A stretch of DNA of 64,000 bases, taken from the NCBI GenBank assembly GCA_028534125.1, contig CM052816.1, forward strand, positions 7,256,001-7,320,000. The letters are read 5' to 3'. Of the stretch, positions 1 to 12,953 are shown piece by piece. The position numbers and the translations under genes were made by a program. This DNA comes from Lama glama. Taxonomy: Eukaryota. The notes under the pieces were generated by a model. It saw only the letters and a list, made by a program, of their open reading frames with translations, did no database searches and had not been told where the DNA came from. How positions within the stretch are numbered: the first letter of the stretch is position 1; each line of letters starts with the position of its first letter.

Positions 1-947
1 AGCTAATCCATTCTGGTCCCTGAGCAAAGGCTCTTGGAAGGTGGGGACAAAACCAGGAGATGGCCGGGGCAGGCGCGGCAGGGGGAGGGCAAGGACACCT
101 GGGCCTTGGATCACCTAGGTACACGGAATGCAGCCAGAGATGGAGCCAGCCTGAGCCTGGGGGCTGGGGCTGGGGGCCCAGGAATGGCTAAGGCTAGAAC
201 TTTGATCTCCTGGAGGAGCAAGGTCATATTTGCTTGTGTGGAAAGTTGGACTCCTTTTCTTAGAAGAATGAAATTCCCTGCTGGGGCTGTTTGGGGATGA
301 ACCTTCAAGGGGATGTGGAACAATTTCCTCTGCGGTTTTAGGGGGAAGTGCTGGGGCCAGGAGACCAAGAGGGGCTGGCTTCTTGTGTGTGTCCATGGGG
401 GCACAGGGTCCCTATTACAGACAAAGCCACCTGAGAAGGCGGAGGAGGGGAGGGCAGAAGGGAGAGTCAGATAACCTAGCCAGCCCTTGTGCGACTCTTT
501 AGAGGCACCCAGATTAGAACCTCAGCTCTCCTGACTGTCAGATGGGGGTGCTCACTGTCTCCAAAGGCTGGAAATGTGGCGAGTCTGAGAGGCACCAGGG
601 GCAGCACTGGGGGTTGAGGGGAGTGGGAGCAGGTCTTGGGGGAAGCAGGAATCTGATGCATATCTTTGGAGGCCAGAGAACTGGAGTGGAACACTGAACA
701 GAGCCACCAGGCCAGAGTTCAGCCCTCCACTAGAGCGGGGGACTTGAGCGGGGTTTGGGGGTGCTATTTGCTCCAGTATGGAAGCAGAAAGCCGTGCTGA
801 GGTTTGCTGAGGGCTCCGAAAGGCTGCCTCCGTCCCCAGCCACACAGCACTCAGGAGCACGACCTGGGCTCAGGAGAGAGCAGGGAGGTAGAAAAGCAGG
901 TGCAAGACTCAGCGTTTCCAATCCTTCCTCTCCTTTTACCTGGCCAG

Positions 948-1033
948 GTGAACAGTGCCCTCCACACAGAAACCCCTAACAGTTACATCACAGCTGATAC
1001 TCAACTGGATGCTTCCTGCATGTGGGGACTAGG
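948..1033 (+). other. Candidate upstream non-coding exon
   Basis: Pyrimidine tract atccttcctctccttttacctggccag then a consensus donor AGG|gtgagt at 1033/1034. Based on splice signals only. Confidence 0.25.
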
Positions 1034-1728
1034 GTGAGTCTGTGTGGTCATTTGAAAATGTTGAGTTTTCAAAGCCGGCAGGGCGAAAAGAGAATTTCAT
1101 TATTCACATCCTTGTAATTCACAGGCGATGTGGCCTGAAACAGTGCCCTACTGCTCTGGGCCTATCTCCCTACTTTTAAAATAAAGGTGGTTGGATTTTT
1201 AAGATCCGTTCTTAATCGGTTCACCCCCAAAAGCCTGCTGGTAGCCAAAGCAGGAATGACTGTGTTTTGCGGGTGAGGAAGCTTTGGGACTTGACATCCC
1301 TTGGCGTAGGAGGAAGGAAGCTCGGGTTCCCCCAAGGCTCTCCATGGAGCACAGGTTACACTTTGGGCAGGAAGGGGCTGAGTCCAGGAGTTGGCCAGCC
1401 TAGTGGAGTGAAACAGTGAGGCCCCCTCTGCCACAAGCTCCCAGGGCCTCAGTTTCCTCATCTGTAAAATGGGGGAGGAACTGGAGACAGTCAAGTTCTC
1501 CCTAGACCTCTCCTCTGTTTCCACCACTCTCTGTGGTTTCCTTAAGGACTCAGGGAACCACACCCAGCAAGACACTGACATTCTCCAGCACCTACGTGTC
1601 AGCTGTGCCTGTGCTCTACAGGGAGGGGTTGCCAGGCCTTCTCTGCACCAGTCCTCTGTGAGCTGGGCCACTACACTCCTCCCCGGTGCCACTGATCTCA
1701 CCTTGACCTGGCATTTCTCCTTCCCCAG

Positions 1729-1772
1729 GGCAGGCCATGGTGCTGGTGCTGCTGCCGGCCAGGTGGGACCAG
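1729..1772 (+). other. Candidate upstream FAT2 exon (internal exon, or 3' end of a first exon)
   Basis: Pyrimidine tract + cag acceptor (ttctccttccccag, ends 1728), CAG|gtagga donor at 1772/1773, G-runs downstream (1826-1852). The acceptor at 19273 requires some upstream exon. No transcript evidence. Confidence 0.4.
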
Positions 1773-4700
1773 GTAGGAGAGCACGCAGGGCAGGTGCTAA
1801 GCCTCAGAGAAAACCAGTGTGTGCTGGGGGCGGGATGGGGTTGGTACAGGGGACCTTCCTGTACCTGTGCCTGATGGATGGGCCCTGACTTTTGGGTTCC
1901 TTCCGGAACCAGTGGGCAGAACGAGTGGGCAGAGCTTCTGGAAGCTTCCCGTGTTTCCTAGGTCTCAGCACAAGCTGAGCTAACTCAGAAACTCAGTACT
2001 ACTGTTTCTATTACTAATGGTACTAACGCCTACATTTATAATAGGGGTTTCCAGACAGGTTTACAAAGAAGAGTGTGGGTCTAAATCCTGGATATTATTA
2101 GTTGTATGACCTGAGCTTCAACCTCGTTAAACCTCAGTTTGAAGAAGTGGGGCTATTAATATTCCTTTTCTCAGAGATTGAGGTGAGAATTAAATGAGAC
2201 AATGCGTGTAGCGCCCAGGGCCTTATTTATGATGCTCACAGTCATCAATTAATTGGCTCCTCTCTGCTTCCCTGCAGTGGAGATGCACCTCTAAGTGTTC
2301 CTTCCTAAGATGTCCCACAGTCATAATGATGAATTCCTTGTGTATATTTCGTTTGATATGGTCTCTCCTACAAAGCGTTGCTCACTGCTCTGGCACTCAT
2401 GTCTAGCATAGCTCCTGGAGCATAAAAGAATCTCATCGCATATCTGATGAGAGAATGAATAAATCTTCACTTCTTATTCAGAAATGAGAACAGTTGCTCA
2501 GAGGGACTAAGCATTAGCTGAACCCCATCACAGATCAGAGTGGAAGGGTCGCTGGAGATCATTGAATTAGACAGGTGGAGATACTGAGGCCTCACCAGAG
2601 GAGGCTGACAACTTGGCTGAGGTCACACAGCAAGTGAGTGGGGAAGGCAGGACCACGACCCAGGCCTTTTCACTTTCCTCTCCCTCTCTCTGCCTTGCCC
2701 AGCTCAGGAGAGAGTCCTGTTTCCTATGTGGGTGGTCAGCCTTGGAGGCCAGTGAATAAGTTGTCCCTACATCCCTTGGAGACAATTTGGGATCAACAAC
2801 AAGGTTGATCCCTAAACTGTAAGATGTCTTTCAGGGGACAAGGGACATATACCTCATCAATCAGACCCCTCCCCCAGAACCCACCGACACTCACACACAC
2901 ACCATTCCAGCACTATCGCCAACAAGTCAGCAGATATCTGTAACTGTACAACTGGAAGGTCCTCAGGAGTTTCCCAAAGTTTCCCTTCAATAATTATTGG
3001 TTCCATTTTACAGATGGAACCACAGATTTTAAATTATGTGCCTAAAGTCAGTAGCCAGAGTGTGATGGTGTCCTGGGTCGATGCGGATACGCAGCACTGA
3101 GTATTGAGATTTAAACGTTGAAAGGGGAACTCTGACTTCCTGAGCCCCTCGATGTGCCTGTCAGTGGGTTAGACCGTCTCACATAAACCTTCTCTTCTCC
3201 TCTGCACAACTGCCCTGCAGGTCAGCAATCATCATCCTCTATGGCTTCCTTTTGTGTTGCTACTGTTGTTTTCAGTGTGGAGATGAATAGAGACTCGGAA
3301 AAGCTAAGCCACTTCCTTTCAGTCACACAGCTTCTGTTTTCTCAACAGATCCTTAGTTCAATAGATACTTAGCGCTTGCAATGTCACCCCGCAAAGACTC
3401 ACAGTTGGTGCAGGCAGGCCATAGCTGGATGGCTTAATACCTTGAGGAAGGTGGTAAAATAGAGGCAAACTCAGGCTGGCAGGGGGGCCGAGGGGGGCCA
3501 GAGTTAGCCCAGTTATGGAGTCAGAGAAGGAAGGCTGCTCGGAGGAGCTGGGACTGAACATCAGTTTTGAAGACTGAATAAAGCTTCAATAAAGAAAGAA
3601 GAGTGGGAAAGGCAATTCAGAACGAGAAAGCAGCATACGCAAAAGCACAAGGTTAAAAGAAAACGGTATGTGGGCGCTGGAAATTATCAGCTGGGTGGGG
3701 ACCAGTTGGAGACGTGCTCTAAAAGGCAGGATGGGGCCAGGTCACTGAAGGCTATGTGTGCCAGGCCACGGAGCATGGCTTTTTAAATATATATACACTC
3801 ACATATATAATTTATATATAATTTTTATTAATGGGAAATTATAGAAATGCCCCAAAGTAAGTAGAATAGTATTTTAAAAACCGTAACCCAGCTTTAATAA
3901 TTATGTTTCCTCCATACTCCACCAACTCCTCCCTCACCAGGTTATTCTGCAATAAATCCCAGATATATAATTGCATCTGAAAATATTTCTATGTGTATCT
4001 TTAAAACGTAAGGACTTCAGGAAATCCATAGGAGCATGATTTTTATCTTGTTAATACTGGCAGACCATGTTGAAGAGGTTAAAGTTAACGAGAGCCTTGG
4101 CTGGGCGTGTGGCTGTGGGGAAGAGCAGGAATTTAAGGAGAGAGTCAGAGCAGAAGGTGAAATTATCTTGTCTCCCCTTTGGCTAGTCACAGAGCCTGAT
4201 AGTCCACCATCACCCTTGGATTGACAAATTACCTCCTAAAGCCCATCGCCTCCTGAAAGAGGTGATGCCTTGAGCATTTTCCAGTATGGAGCCTGCAGAA
4301 GAAAGAAATGCCTCCCCTATCCCCTTCCTGAGTCCTTCTCTATCCCTGAGACCATTAGGGCCCCTGTGATGCGGCCTTGAGTGGCAGGTAAACAGCAGCA
4401 GTCCATCCCCTGGCTGGGGACAGAGAGCCCACAACAGAGAACTCATCAGTTCCCAGTTCCCATTCAGCCACAGTGCCCACAGCAGTTGGCCTCAGTGCCA
4501 GCTGAGCAGGACTGTACCTGCCAGCTGTGGGGTAATGTCAGCATGTGCGTGCGCGTTGGCCCGAGTGTGCTCACGTGTCCCAGGTCAGAACTGCCATCTG
4601 TCCCTTCCCTCTGGGTTCTCCCAGCAAATACAGGGCTAGATGGCACAAAATGCATCACTGAGACTCTTAGATGCATGGCTTGGGGAATCGATGGAGCTTG

Positions 4701-6499
4701 ATACCAGTATGGTGCCGTGGGTGGGCACACCTGCTCTGCAGCCAGGGCCCTCTAGTTCCGGTCCTGGCTTTGCCACTTTCTATCTCTGTAACCTTGAACA
4801 GCCACCTTGAAGGCCGTGGTGTGGATAACGCTGCCTACTTCGCAGAGCTGCTGTGAGTTGATCCATGTAAAGCTCTCAGCATAGTAGTTAGCACATACTA
4901 GGAGCTCACAAACGTTAGCTACTATTACAGATGTTGGGGCTCCTGAAATCTTGGGAGTTAAGTCAGAGAATCACAGCATCTTGGAAAATTCTAATTCTAG
5001 AATCTCAAACTCTTGGAAGTGTGTAATCAGAAGAACCCTATTGGATCTCTTGGAGAACACTGCGTGAAGATTTCTTCTACAGTGTCTCTGACAGTCAGCC
5101 TGATTTTCCCCCTTCTTTTTGTAAACATTCAAAAAGACGGTGTAACAATTGTTAAGTTATTGCTTGATGAATTTTTACAAGGTGAATGCAAACGGTGGCT
5201 AACCAGCAACCAGAGCAAAAAGCAGACATCACCAGCCTCCCAAGGGCCTTCCTGATGCCCCTTGTCAGTCACTGCCTTCTACCCCAAGCATAGCTATTGT
5301 CCAGCCCACCTGGCTGTTCTCAAATATCTCCTTGAGGCATTGTGTACCATTGTTAGGAGAACTCTAATTATTAGAGAGGTTCAGTGAGTTAATTTAGAAG
5401 TTGCTAAATTAGGCTTCACCTTTAAATTGTTTTGTTTTTACTGTCATATTTCAGTGGCAGCCTAGTTTATAGCCGAGCATCCCAAATGCCTAGGGCTGTT
5501 TTTAAAAATACAGCTTTCTCAGCCCCATCCTAAGTCTATCTATATCATTGGAATGTGCGGTCAGGGGGTGGGGCCAGGGAATCTGGATTTTTACAGGCGC
5601 CAAGGGAACTCCAGGTGAGGTCCAACTGGGTTTGGGAACCACTGGACTAGTGGTTCAGAGCTTAGTTTCAACTCAGGTAGACCAATTCTTCCAATCCATG
5701 CTCCATACTTACTGGCCATTGACCTTGGACAAGGCACTTGGACTACCTGACCTTTCAGTTTTTCCATGTGGAAAATGGGGATGAGATGATAGTACCTACC
5801 TCCTTGAGCTGTTGAAGGACTCTGAGACATCCCCTGGGAAAGTGCTCGCTAATTGACAGGTGCTGTAATCAGCACCCCTACGACTGGGAAGCGCCCATCT
5901 GCGGTGTAGCCAAGGAACTGTTGGATTTGGCATCTGAAGCCTTGTGTTTGAGTCTTGGCTGGGCCACTTGCTAGCTCTTGCTAGCCTTGGGCAAGTCTTT
6001 TGACCAATTCCCCCCACCCACTGCCGGCTCAGAGCCTCAACTTCCCTATCTATAAAATGGAAATACTCGGCTCTACTCATAGGGTCTTTGAGGGAATCAA
6101 ACAAGAAAATGGACCAGAAAACTGCTCTGAGGATAGCAAAATGCTGCATGAAGCAAGACCCAATGAATTGGAACTCAGCTGAACCTGGAAGCCAGTGGAA
6201 AGCGGGTTGCCATTGTCCTTGTGATCCTGTGAAAGGCAGGCTGGGTTGGGGAAAGGGAACTGCTGAGGGATCGGTTTTCCACAGCCCTGGTATGCCTTGG
6301 CGTGGTGCCCAAGCTCTTGGTTTCTGAGAACTATGTCCTTCCTGGTTCCTGGGATAGGAAGAGTCCACGATCCCATGGCTATGAAATCCTGCATAATTTG
6401 CTGTAGTCAGAAGTCACCTGGAGTCCCCTTTTATTAATTTAAGTGTTTTTCCTTGTATTAAAAGTCTTCTTTGAAGTCCTTACTAGCACTTTTAGAGAA

Positions 6500-7045
6500 C
6501 TTTTGAAGTATAATATACATACAGAAAAATGCACAAATTCTAAGTGTACAGCTCGAGGAACTTTTCAGAAATTGACCAGCTCCCAGATGAAGAAACAGAA
6601 CATTACCACTATTCCAGAAACCCTCTTTGTACCCCTTCCAGTCACTAACCACCCCTCTCCCCCTGCCCAAGGGTACCTTTATCCTAATCAAATCCATAGA
6701 TGAGTTTTGCCTGCTTTAAAGCTTTATATAGTTGGAAGAGCACAGTGTATACTCTTTGGCACATGACTGTTTTCACCCCATATTATGTAAGTGGAATCCA
6801 TCTTTATTGTTGCCTAGAGCAATACTTCCGTATTCTGGGCTGTATAGCATTCCACTGTATGACCAAACCACAATTTACTTCTCCATCTGCTCTTGATGGA
6901 CATTAAGGCTATTTCCAATGTAGGGCTATTATAAATAGTGCTGCTCTGAACATTCTCGTGTGACTCTCAGTGAACATACATACACACTTCTGTAGTGTAC
7001 ACACCTGAGAGTAAAAATGCTGGGCCATGAGGTATGCGAATGTGG
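6500..7045 (-). mobile_element. Old L1 (L1M-type) 3' end
   Basis: aagtataatatacatacagaaaaatgcacaaattctaagtgtacagctc...atggacattaaggctatttcca...gctattataaatagtgctgct is a typical inverted L1 3'UTR. Confidence 0.8.
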
Positions 7046-10000
7046 CTAGAACCCTTTGATTTTCAGTTCAGGTCTACTCAGTGCAAGAACACGATTCATG
7101 GGGCTGAGTCTCTATCTGGGAGAGAGATGTGACCACAAAAAGACGCACAGTTGTCTCTGGGGTTTGAGATGCTGATAAGCAGAGAGATTTGCAGAGTAAG
7201 AGACTTCCAGGTGAAAGTTAGGCACAGGAATCAGATTTGTTGCTTCCCCCTCCTGTCTGCTCCTCTATTTGATTTTAGAGATAACCTCATGTCTGCTTTG
7301 ACTGGGCTCCAGTGTTCCCCATCTGCAGGGCAAAACATGCCCTCCAAGTTCCACCACAGCCTCAGGAAACCTTAAGAATGACACTGTGATTTTTAACACA
7401 CTGATATTTGAGAAGCATTCATCTAGCCTAAAAAAGTCATGAAGATTTCAGTCTTTCCCTAACTTCCCCCGCCCCCTCTCTACTGGGGCTTGGAGAAGGT
7501 CACATATGGGATATCAACTTTGAAACAGGCATGGTAGGACACAGGATTCTAAAGAAAAGTACCATGTTCAGCGATCCCAAATACCAGCCACATGCAAATC
7601 ACCCCGGGAACTTGTTACACATCTATTCTTGAACCTCACCCCTTAGGATTTTGATTCAGTAGATCTGGGGTGGGGCTTGGAATATGTATTTTTAACCTCC
7701 ACTTCTACCCCCTTAGGGAATTCCCAATGATGGGAACCCCTGGTTCAAGTCCATGGCCAGCTCTCTCCGGTGAGAACCAGCAGGACCTGCAGCTCTGTTG
7801 CGCTCTGGGTGCCTCAATGGTTGGGTGGAGCAGAGTCATCATGGGTAAAAGGAATCGGTGTGGACAGAGCCCAGGGGGCTTGAATGTGGAACTCCAGGGC
7901 TTAAGCTGGAGTCCAGGGCAGAGGCCCCTTTGCATCTCATTAGTATGCACCCTGACACTTCCAATTCATCCCTAACCCCTCTCTTGCCTCTGGCCTTGCA
8001 GTCAGGTTCAGCCAGCTCAACTGCAGGACCGGGTGCCGCAGACAGCAGAGCTGCCTGTCTTGCCCCGCTGCTAGGAGGCAGCTCCTCACCTGCCGAGGCC
8101 TGCCCACCTGCCGGCTTTGTCCTAAGCTGTTCTGCTCAGAGGGGATTGGACTTGGAAGGACAGACAGTGCTGTGCTGCTGGGCTGGGCTCGGCTAGAGGG
8201 AATGTGATTGAACTGGAGATGAAGCCTTTGCTGAGAATCTGTGTTTGCTGGTGTGAGTCGACCCATGGTTATATGATCCCTGGTGTGGGGGAGGGACCGT
8301 AAACCCTCCCCATTCCAAGTGCTCTCTCCAAGCACCGCCCCCTCCCTTCCCCGCCCGGCTGGCATGGAGAGGCAGGCCAGGGAACTGTTAGACACACAAG
8401 TGATACGAGTTTTAATCCTGCCTTGGCTGCAAACTAGCTGTGTGAACTTGAAGCTGAGGTAACCTCTCTGAGTCTCATTTATCCCATGTGCAAGTGAGGA
8501 TAATTACAGGGTTGCTGTAAGCCAGCTTAAAAGTGATAATGCATGCCAAGTGCTCATGACAGGCCCGGCACACAGCAAACGTTCCGTGAACGTCAGCTGT
8601 GACAGTGCCTGTCTCTGTAAACGTTCTGTATTCTCCAAACCTCGCCTTCTTCATAGCATCATTTGACAAGTCCTCAGTGGAGGGTTCCTCAGGAAGGCAG
8701 GAGAGCAGGGACTAGTCCCAATTCCCAGATGGGCAAGTGGAGGCCCCATGAAATGAGGGGGTTTTCTCAGGGTCCCTGCCTTGGTCCCTTCCTGGGCTCT
8801 CTATCACTGAGGCCCCTTGGTACCAAAGGCATGGGGGCTCCGGTCCCTGAATCACTTCATCACAGCCGCTAGTGCGTGAGGGCTCACCTGTGAGGCACTG
8901 CGACCCTCATTGGAGGCCCTTCATCTTCAGTGACCCTCACTGCAGCTTGAAGATTACTTTCCCCAGTTTATATATGAAGAAACTAAGGGTGGTCAGGTTC
9001 AGTGACTGGCTGGAGGCCAGACAGCCAGCAGCGGGCCGGGCAGGACTCGCCCGCAGGCCGCCTTACTCCAGAGCCTGAGCAGGTGGTGGTGGGATGTCCG
9101 TGACATCCTCAGCCACCCTCTTCCATCCACCTCACACCCAGCCCTCTGCCCCCTCCAACTCTGAATGAGATCACACATACGACCTCTCTGCATCCACTGC
9201 GGGGAAAAGGGGACAGGAACAGAAATGATTCTTATTCTTTGAATGCTGCTTAGGCTGTTGTGTTAGCTTTGCTGCAAATCTTTGCAAGGGGAGAGGGAAT
9301 GTCACGGAGGCCCACAGGGTGTGTATGTGTGTGTAATGGTGCCTCTGTAAGGGGCTCCCGGGGTGCGGGTGGGGATCCATACACACACAGAGACTAGTTC
9401 CTAGATTCCACACATATTTCTGAACATCTACTGTAAAAGTAATAACATTACTATCATTACAGTAGTGATAGTAATATGAGTAACAGTAACAGTAAGAACA
9501 TTGGCTACTTTCTCTATGCTAAATGCTCTGCATGCATGAGCTCATTAAATCATCCAATGAGGTTACCGTTGCCAACCCCATTTCATAAATGGGGAAACAG
9601 AGGCTCTGATAAAGGAAAAGGGTCCCCAGGTGAAAGCAGAGGCAAGATTGGGGGCAAGTCTGACCCCAAAGCCTGGCTGCTTCTGCGGCACTGCCCTGAG
9701 TAGTAGGATCTTGGCTCTGTGGGTTCCTGAGGGGCCCCAGGCTGGGAGAGGGGCTGGGTTGGGGGGGGAGAAACTTGGCTAGTGCCAACTGCTTAGGACA
9801 AGGGGCCCGGGTTCTGGTTCCAGGTGTGCCACCAACATGCAAGGTGACTTAGTACATAGCACTATGTGACTTCTCTTCTGGTACACAGTTTTCCCATCTT
9901 TACAAAATGGAGATTAGACTCCTAGCAGTTTTCAAACTGTGCCTTAGGGAGGCCTGGGAATTTCACAGAGATGCCTCAGAAGGTGAAGGCAGCAACGAAT

Positions 10001-10064
10001 AGGGACGGGGCCCAGGGCAGCAGCTGTGTTTCAATCCATTCTACATAATGATAACGATAGTTTT

Positions 10065-10160
10065 CACATTTTTTTTTTAATGGGGGTACTAGGAATTGAA
10101 CCCAGGCCCTCGCCCATGCTAAGCATGCACTCTACCACTGAGTGATACCCACCATCCTCC
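10065..10160 (-). mobile_element. tRNA-Ala(AGC)-derived SINE (camelid vic-1 type) with poly(A) tail and target-site duplication
   Basis: Reverse complement reads ...GGGTATCACTCAGTGGTAGAGTGCATGCTTAGCATGGGCGAGGGCCTGGGTTCAATTCCTAGTACCCCCATT(A)10, with A and B boxes. Flanked by CATAATGATA...GTTTT on both sides. Confidence 0.85.
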
Positions 10161-11559
10161 CATAATGATAGTTTTAAAATAAGGACAGCTGGCACTAATT
10201 TAGTGGTTGCTGGTGCCATGCACTGTGTTAGCTGTTTAATACGAACCGTCCAGTTGAAACTTCAGAACAGCTATCTGAGGTGGGTTCAGTTAGTATTTCT
10301 CTTATAGAGATGAGGGAAAACAAAGGCTTAGAAGTTCAGCTAGTTATCCAAGGTTACCCCTGTTAGAACTTGGTATCTGTATGTCTGGACACTCCTCCAT
10401 AGCTCCTGGAAAGGCAAAGGATTTCACTGGATCAAAGAGTTGCAAGGAACACAGAAGAGGAAGGACCTCACCAGATGAGGCCCTTGCAGCAGGGACATTC
10501 TGGCCTCTGCAATCTGTTCTATTCACTGAAAGAAGCTTCCCAGTCCTCGGGGGGAGTCTAACTCCTGACTTCAGGATACAACCTCCAGCCTCCCAGAGAG
10601 ATACCCCAAATCCAGGCCTGCAGGATAGTCCCCTCCTATACAGGGGGCTTCCTGGTCACTGCCTGGCCAGAGGCTGCCACTACCAGCAGGAAAGAATCCA
10701 GGGTTCCCACTGGCCTTCCTGATGGGTCCCAGGGCAAAAACACAGAACTCAGAGGAAGTGCTCTGTTCCTCCTGCTTTGTTTCCGGAGCTTCCAACTGAT
10801 TAATAGGTTCAATGCCCTGCTGAGCTGGAGCTGGTTTTTATCTTACAAACCCTTCTGACCAGGGAGCCCTGGAAGAAGTAGGGCAGGATCGGCTCTCTCT
10901 CTAAGCCCTCTGATCCTGGGGCGCCCTCTGGTTTAGGGAATTTTCAGCCCCAAATGCAACCCAATCATGCACCCAGATAGGCAACTCCAAGAGGAAGAGA
11001 TCTCTTGCTCTCTCTGGAGCTCAGTGAGTGTCAGGGTCTCCAAACTCAAATGCCTACAGCCGAGGGTGGGGGACAGAGTGGGTGGCTCAGGAGTGAAGCA
11101 AACCTAATGTGTAGACAGGAAGACATCCTGGAGTGTATTTTCTTCACAGTTTGGAAAGAAACGTGGGTACAAAATGTGCGTCTCTTCTACTATGAAACTA
11201 CCTTGGAGATAAACAAGCAGGAAGAGCCTTAGTGTCTGGTAGAGCTTGGGAGGGGGGACTGGGGTGCTCAGGCCCTGTCTTAGGGGACACCCACCACTTG
11301 GCTCCAGCCCACGGTGCTATGGGAGAACACAGACAGTGCCCTCCACTTTTTAAAAGAGAAGCTGGAATTTAGATTTTGGGGTGAAGCTCCCCAATGTTTA
11401 TATGTTAATAATTAATTAAGTTGAAAACCATCAAGCAACAAAACAATGCATTATGGGCCCACAAAACTAAAGGCAGCTGGACAGCCTATAAACTACCAGT
11501 TGGCCACATGGGATGGTCATAAAGGGTTCTAAGATTTTATGTCCAACAGCACGTCCCTC

Positions 11560-12085
11560 TCTCCTACTCTTCTATAAGAACCATCAAGTAAATCCTGTGA
11601 TATGTTTCACCTCACTACAAGAGTTTTCTTTGGCCTGAATTGCCCTGGGCCACCTCCCTGACCTTGCTGGAACCTCTCTCTCCTTGCTCCCTCTAGCCTA
11701 TCTGCATGACCTCTTTGCTCCTGCCCCAGGGCCTTTGCACTGCCTGTTTCTTCTACCTGGAACCCTTTGTCAAAGATGGCTTTGTGGCCCTCTCTTTGCT
11801 CAAATGTCACCTTGTCATGTAAGATTTCCCTGATGGTCCTGTCAAAAACAGCACCCCCTCTATCACTCTCTAGCCTTGCCTGGCATGATACTCCTTCATA
11901 TCACTTTTCATCACCTGATAATAATATGCATTTTTAAATTTAATATCTCTCTCTCTGCCACTAGAATCTAATCCCTGCAAGAGCAGGGACCTCATCTGTC
12001 TTGTTCTTAGTTCTAGAATGCCCTCACAGGGTAGGCCCTCAATCAGTAAGTATTGAATGAATGAATAAATGAATGAATGAATGAC
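11560..12085 (+). mobile_element. L2 LINE 3' fragment
   Basis: cccagggcctttgcactgcctgtttcttctacctggaac..., ending in the L2 tail tattgaatgaatgaataaatgaatgaatga. Confidence 0.75.
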
Positions 12086-12599
12086 TTTGGCAGAGGAGGG
12101 CCAATAACAAAACACCTTCTCATCATCCCCAACTCCATCCCTTTTCTTCCTTAAAGCCCAAGTGCCCAGAAGCCCTTTGTTTCCTTCAGGTATCTATCTC
12201 CCCACACTCACATTATGACTTTCAAAGGCCTTAGTCACTTTAGTTTTTGTGAGCCCCTTCCTCCATGAAAAAATATATTAGAAATTATATTTAATGACAA
12301 CATTGGTATAAAGATGAATATTTTGGCTAGTGGCTCCAACACTGGACAGCTCAGTCATAGAACATTCCCACTGATGTAGGAAGTTCTGTTGGAGAGTGCT
12401 GCTCCAAGGAACTGGCTCCAGCCACTCCAGCCCTCTCTGAGTCTCTCTTCTTGGAATACAAATTCCTGTTCTGAACTACCACCTACCAGATGCATGAACT
12501 GGGGCAGAACTGTCCGATTATCTGAGTCTCAGTTTCTCATTTACAAAATGAAAGTGATGATGGTAAGTGTCACAGTAAGGAGGGGGTTGATAGAACAAC

Positions 12600-12800
12600 T
12601 ACTTACTGAGTGTAAGCTGTGCTGGGTATTTGCCATGCATTGACTCATGCAGCCTTCTCAACAGCTCTGTGAAATAGGTGCTACTCTCATTTCCCTTTTT
12701 CTGGGAACAGAGAGGTTAAATAACTGCCCAAGTTCACACAGCTGGTGAGCAGTAGAGCTTGAAATTTGAAAGCAGGTCTATCTGACTCCAGAGACCACTT
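12600..12800 (-). mobile_element. MIR SINE
   Basis: agaggttaaataactgcccaagttcacacagctggtgagcagtagagc...tctgactccagag (MIR core, inverted). Confidence 0.75.
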
Positions 12801-12928
12801 TCTTACTATTAATTCTACCCAAAACTGTACCACCTCCCCAAAGAGCAAGTGGGAAAATGCAGGCAGATGTGTTTTGAAAAACTTGTAGATTACCATATAG
12901 ATATAAGGCAGTATAATTTTTGTCATTA

Positions 12929-12953
12929 ATCATCATCATCATCATCATCATCA
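12929..12953. repeat. (ATC)8 microsatellite
   Basis: Read directly. Confidence 0.9.

Noticed and set aside
10081..10150. tRNA-Ala gene
   Set aside because: Disrupted stems, a poly(A) tail and TSDs indicate a retroposed SINE.
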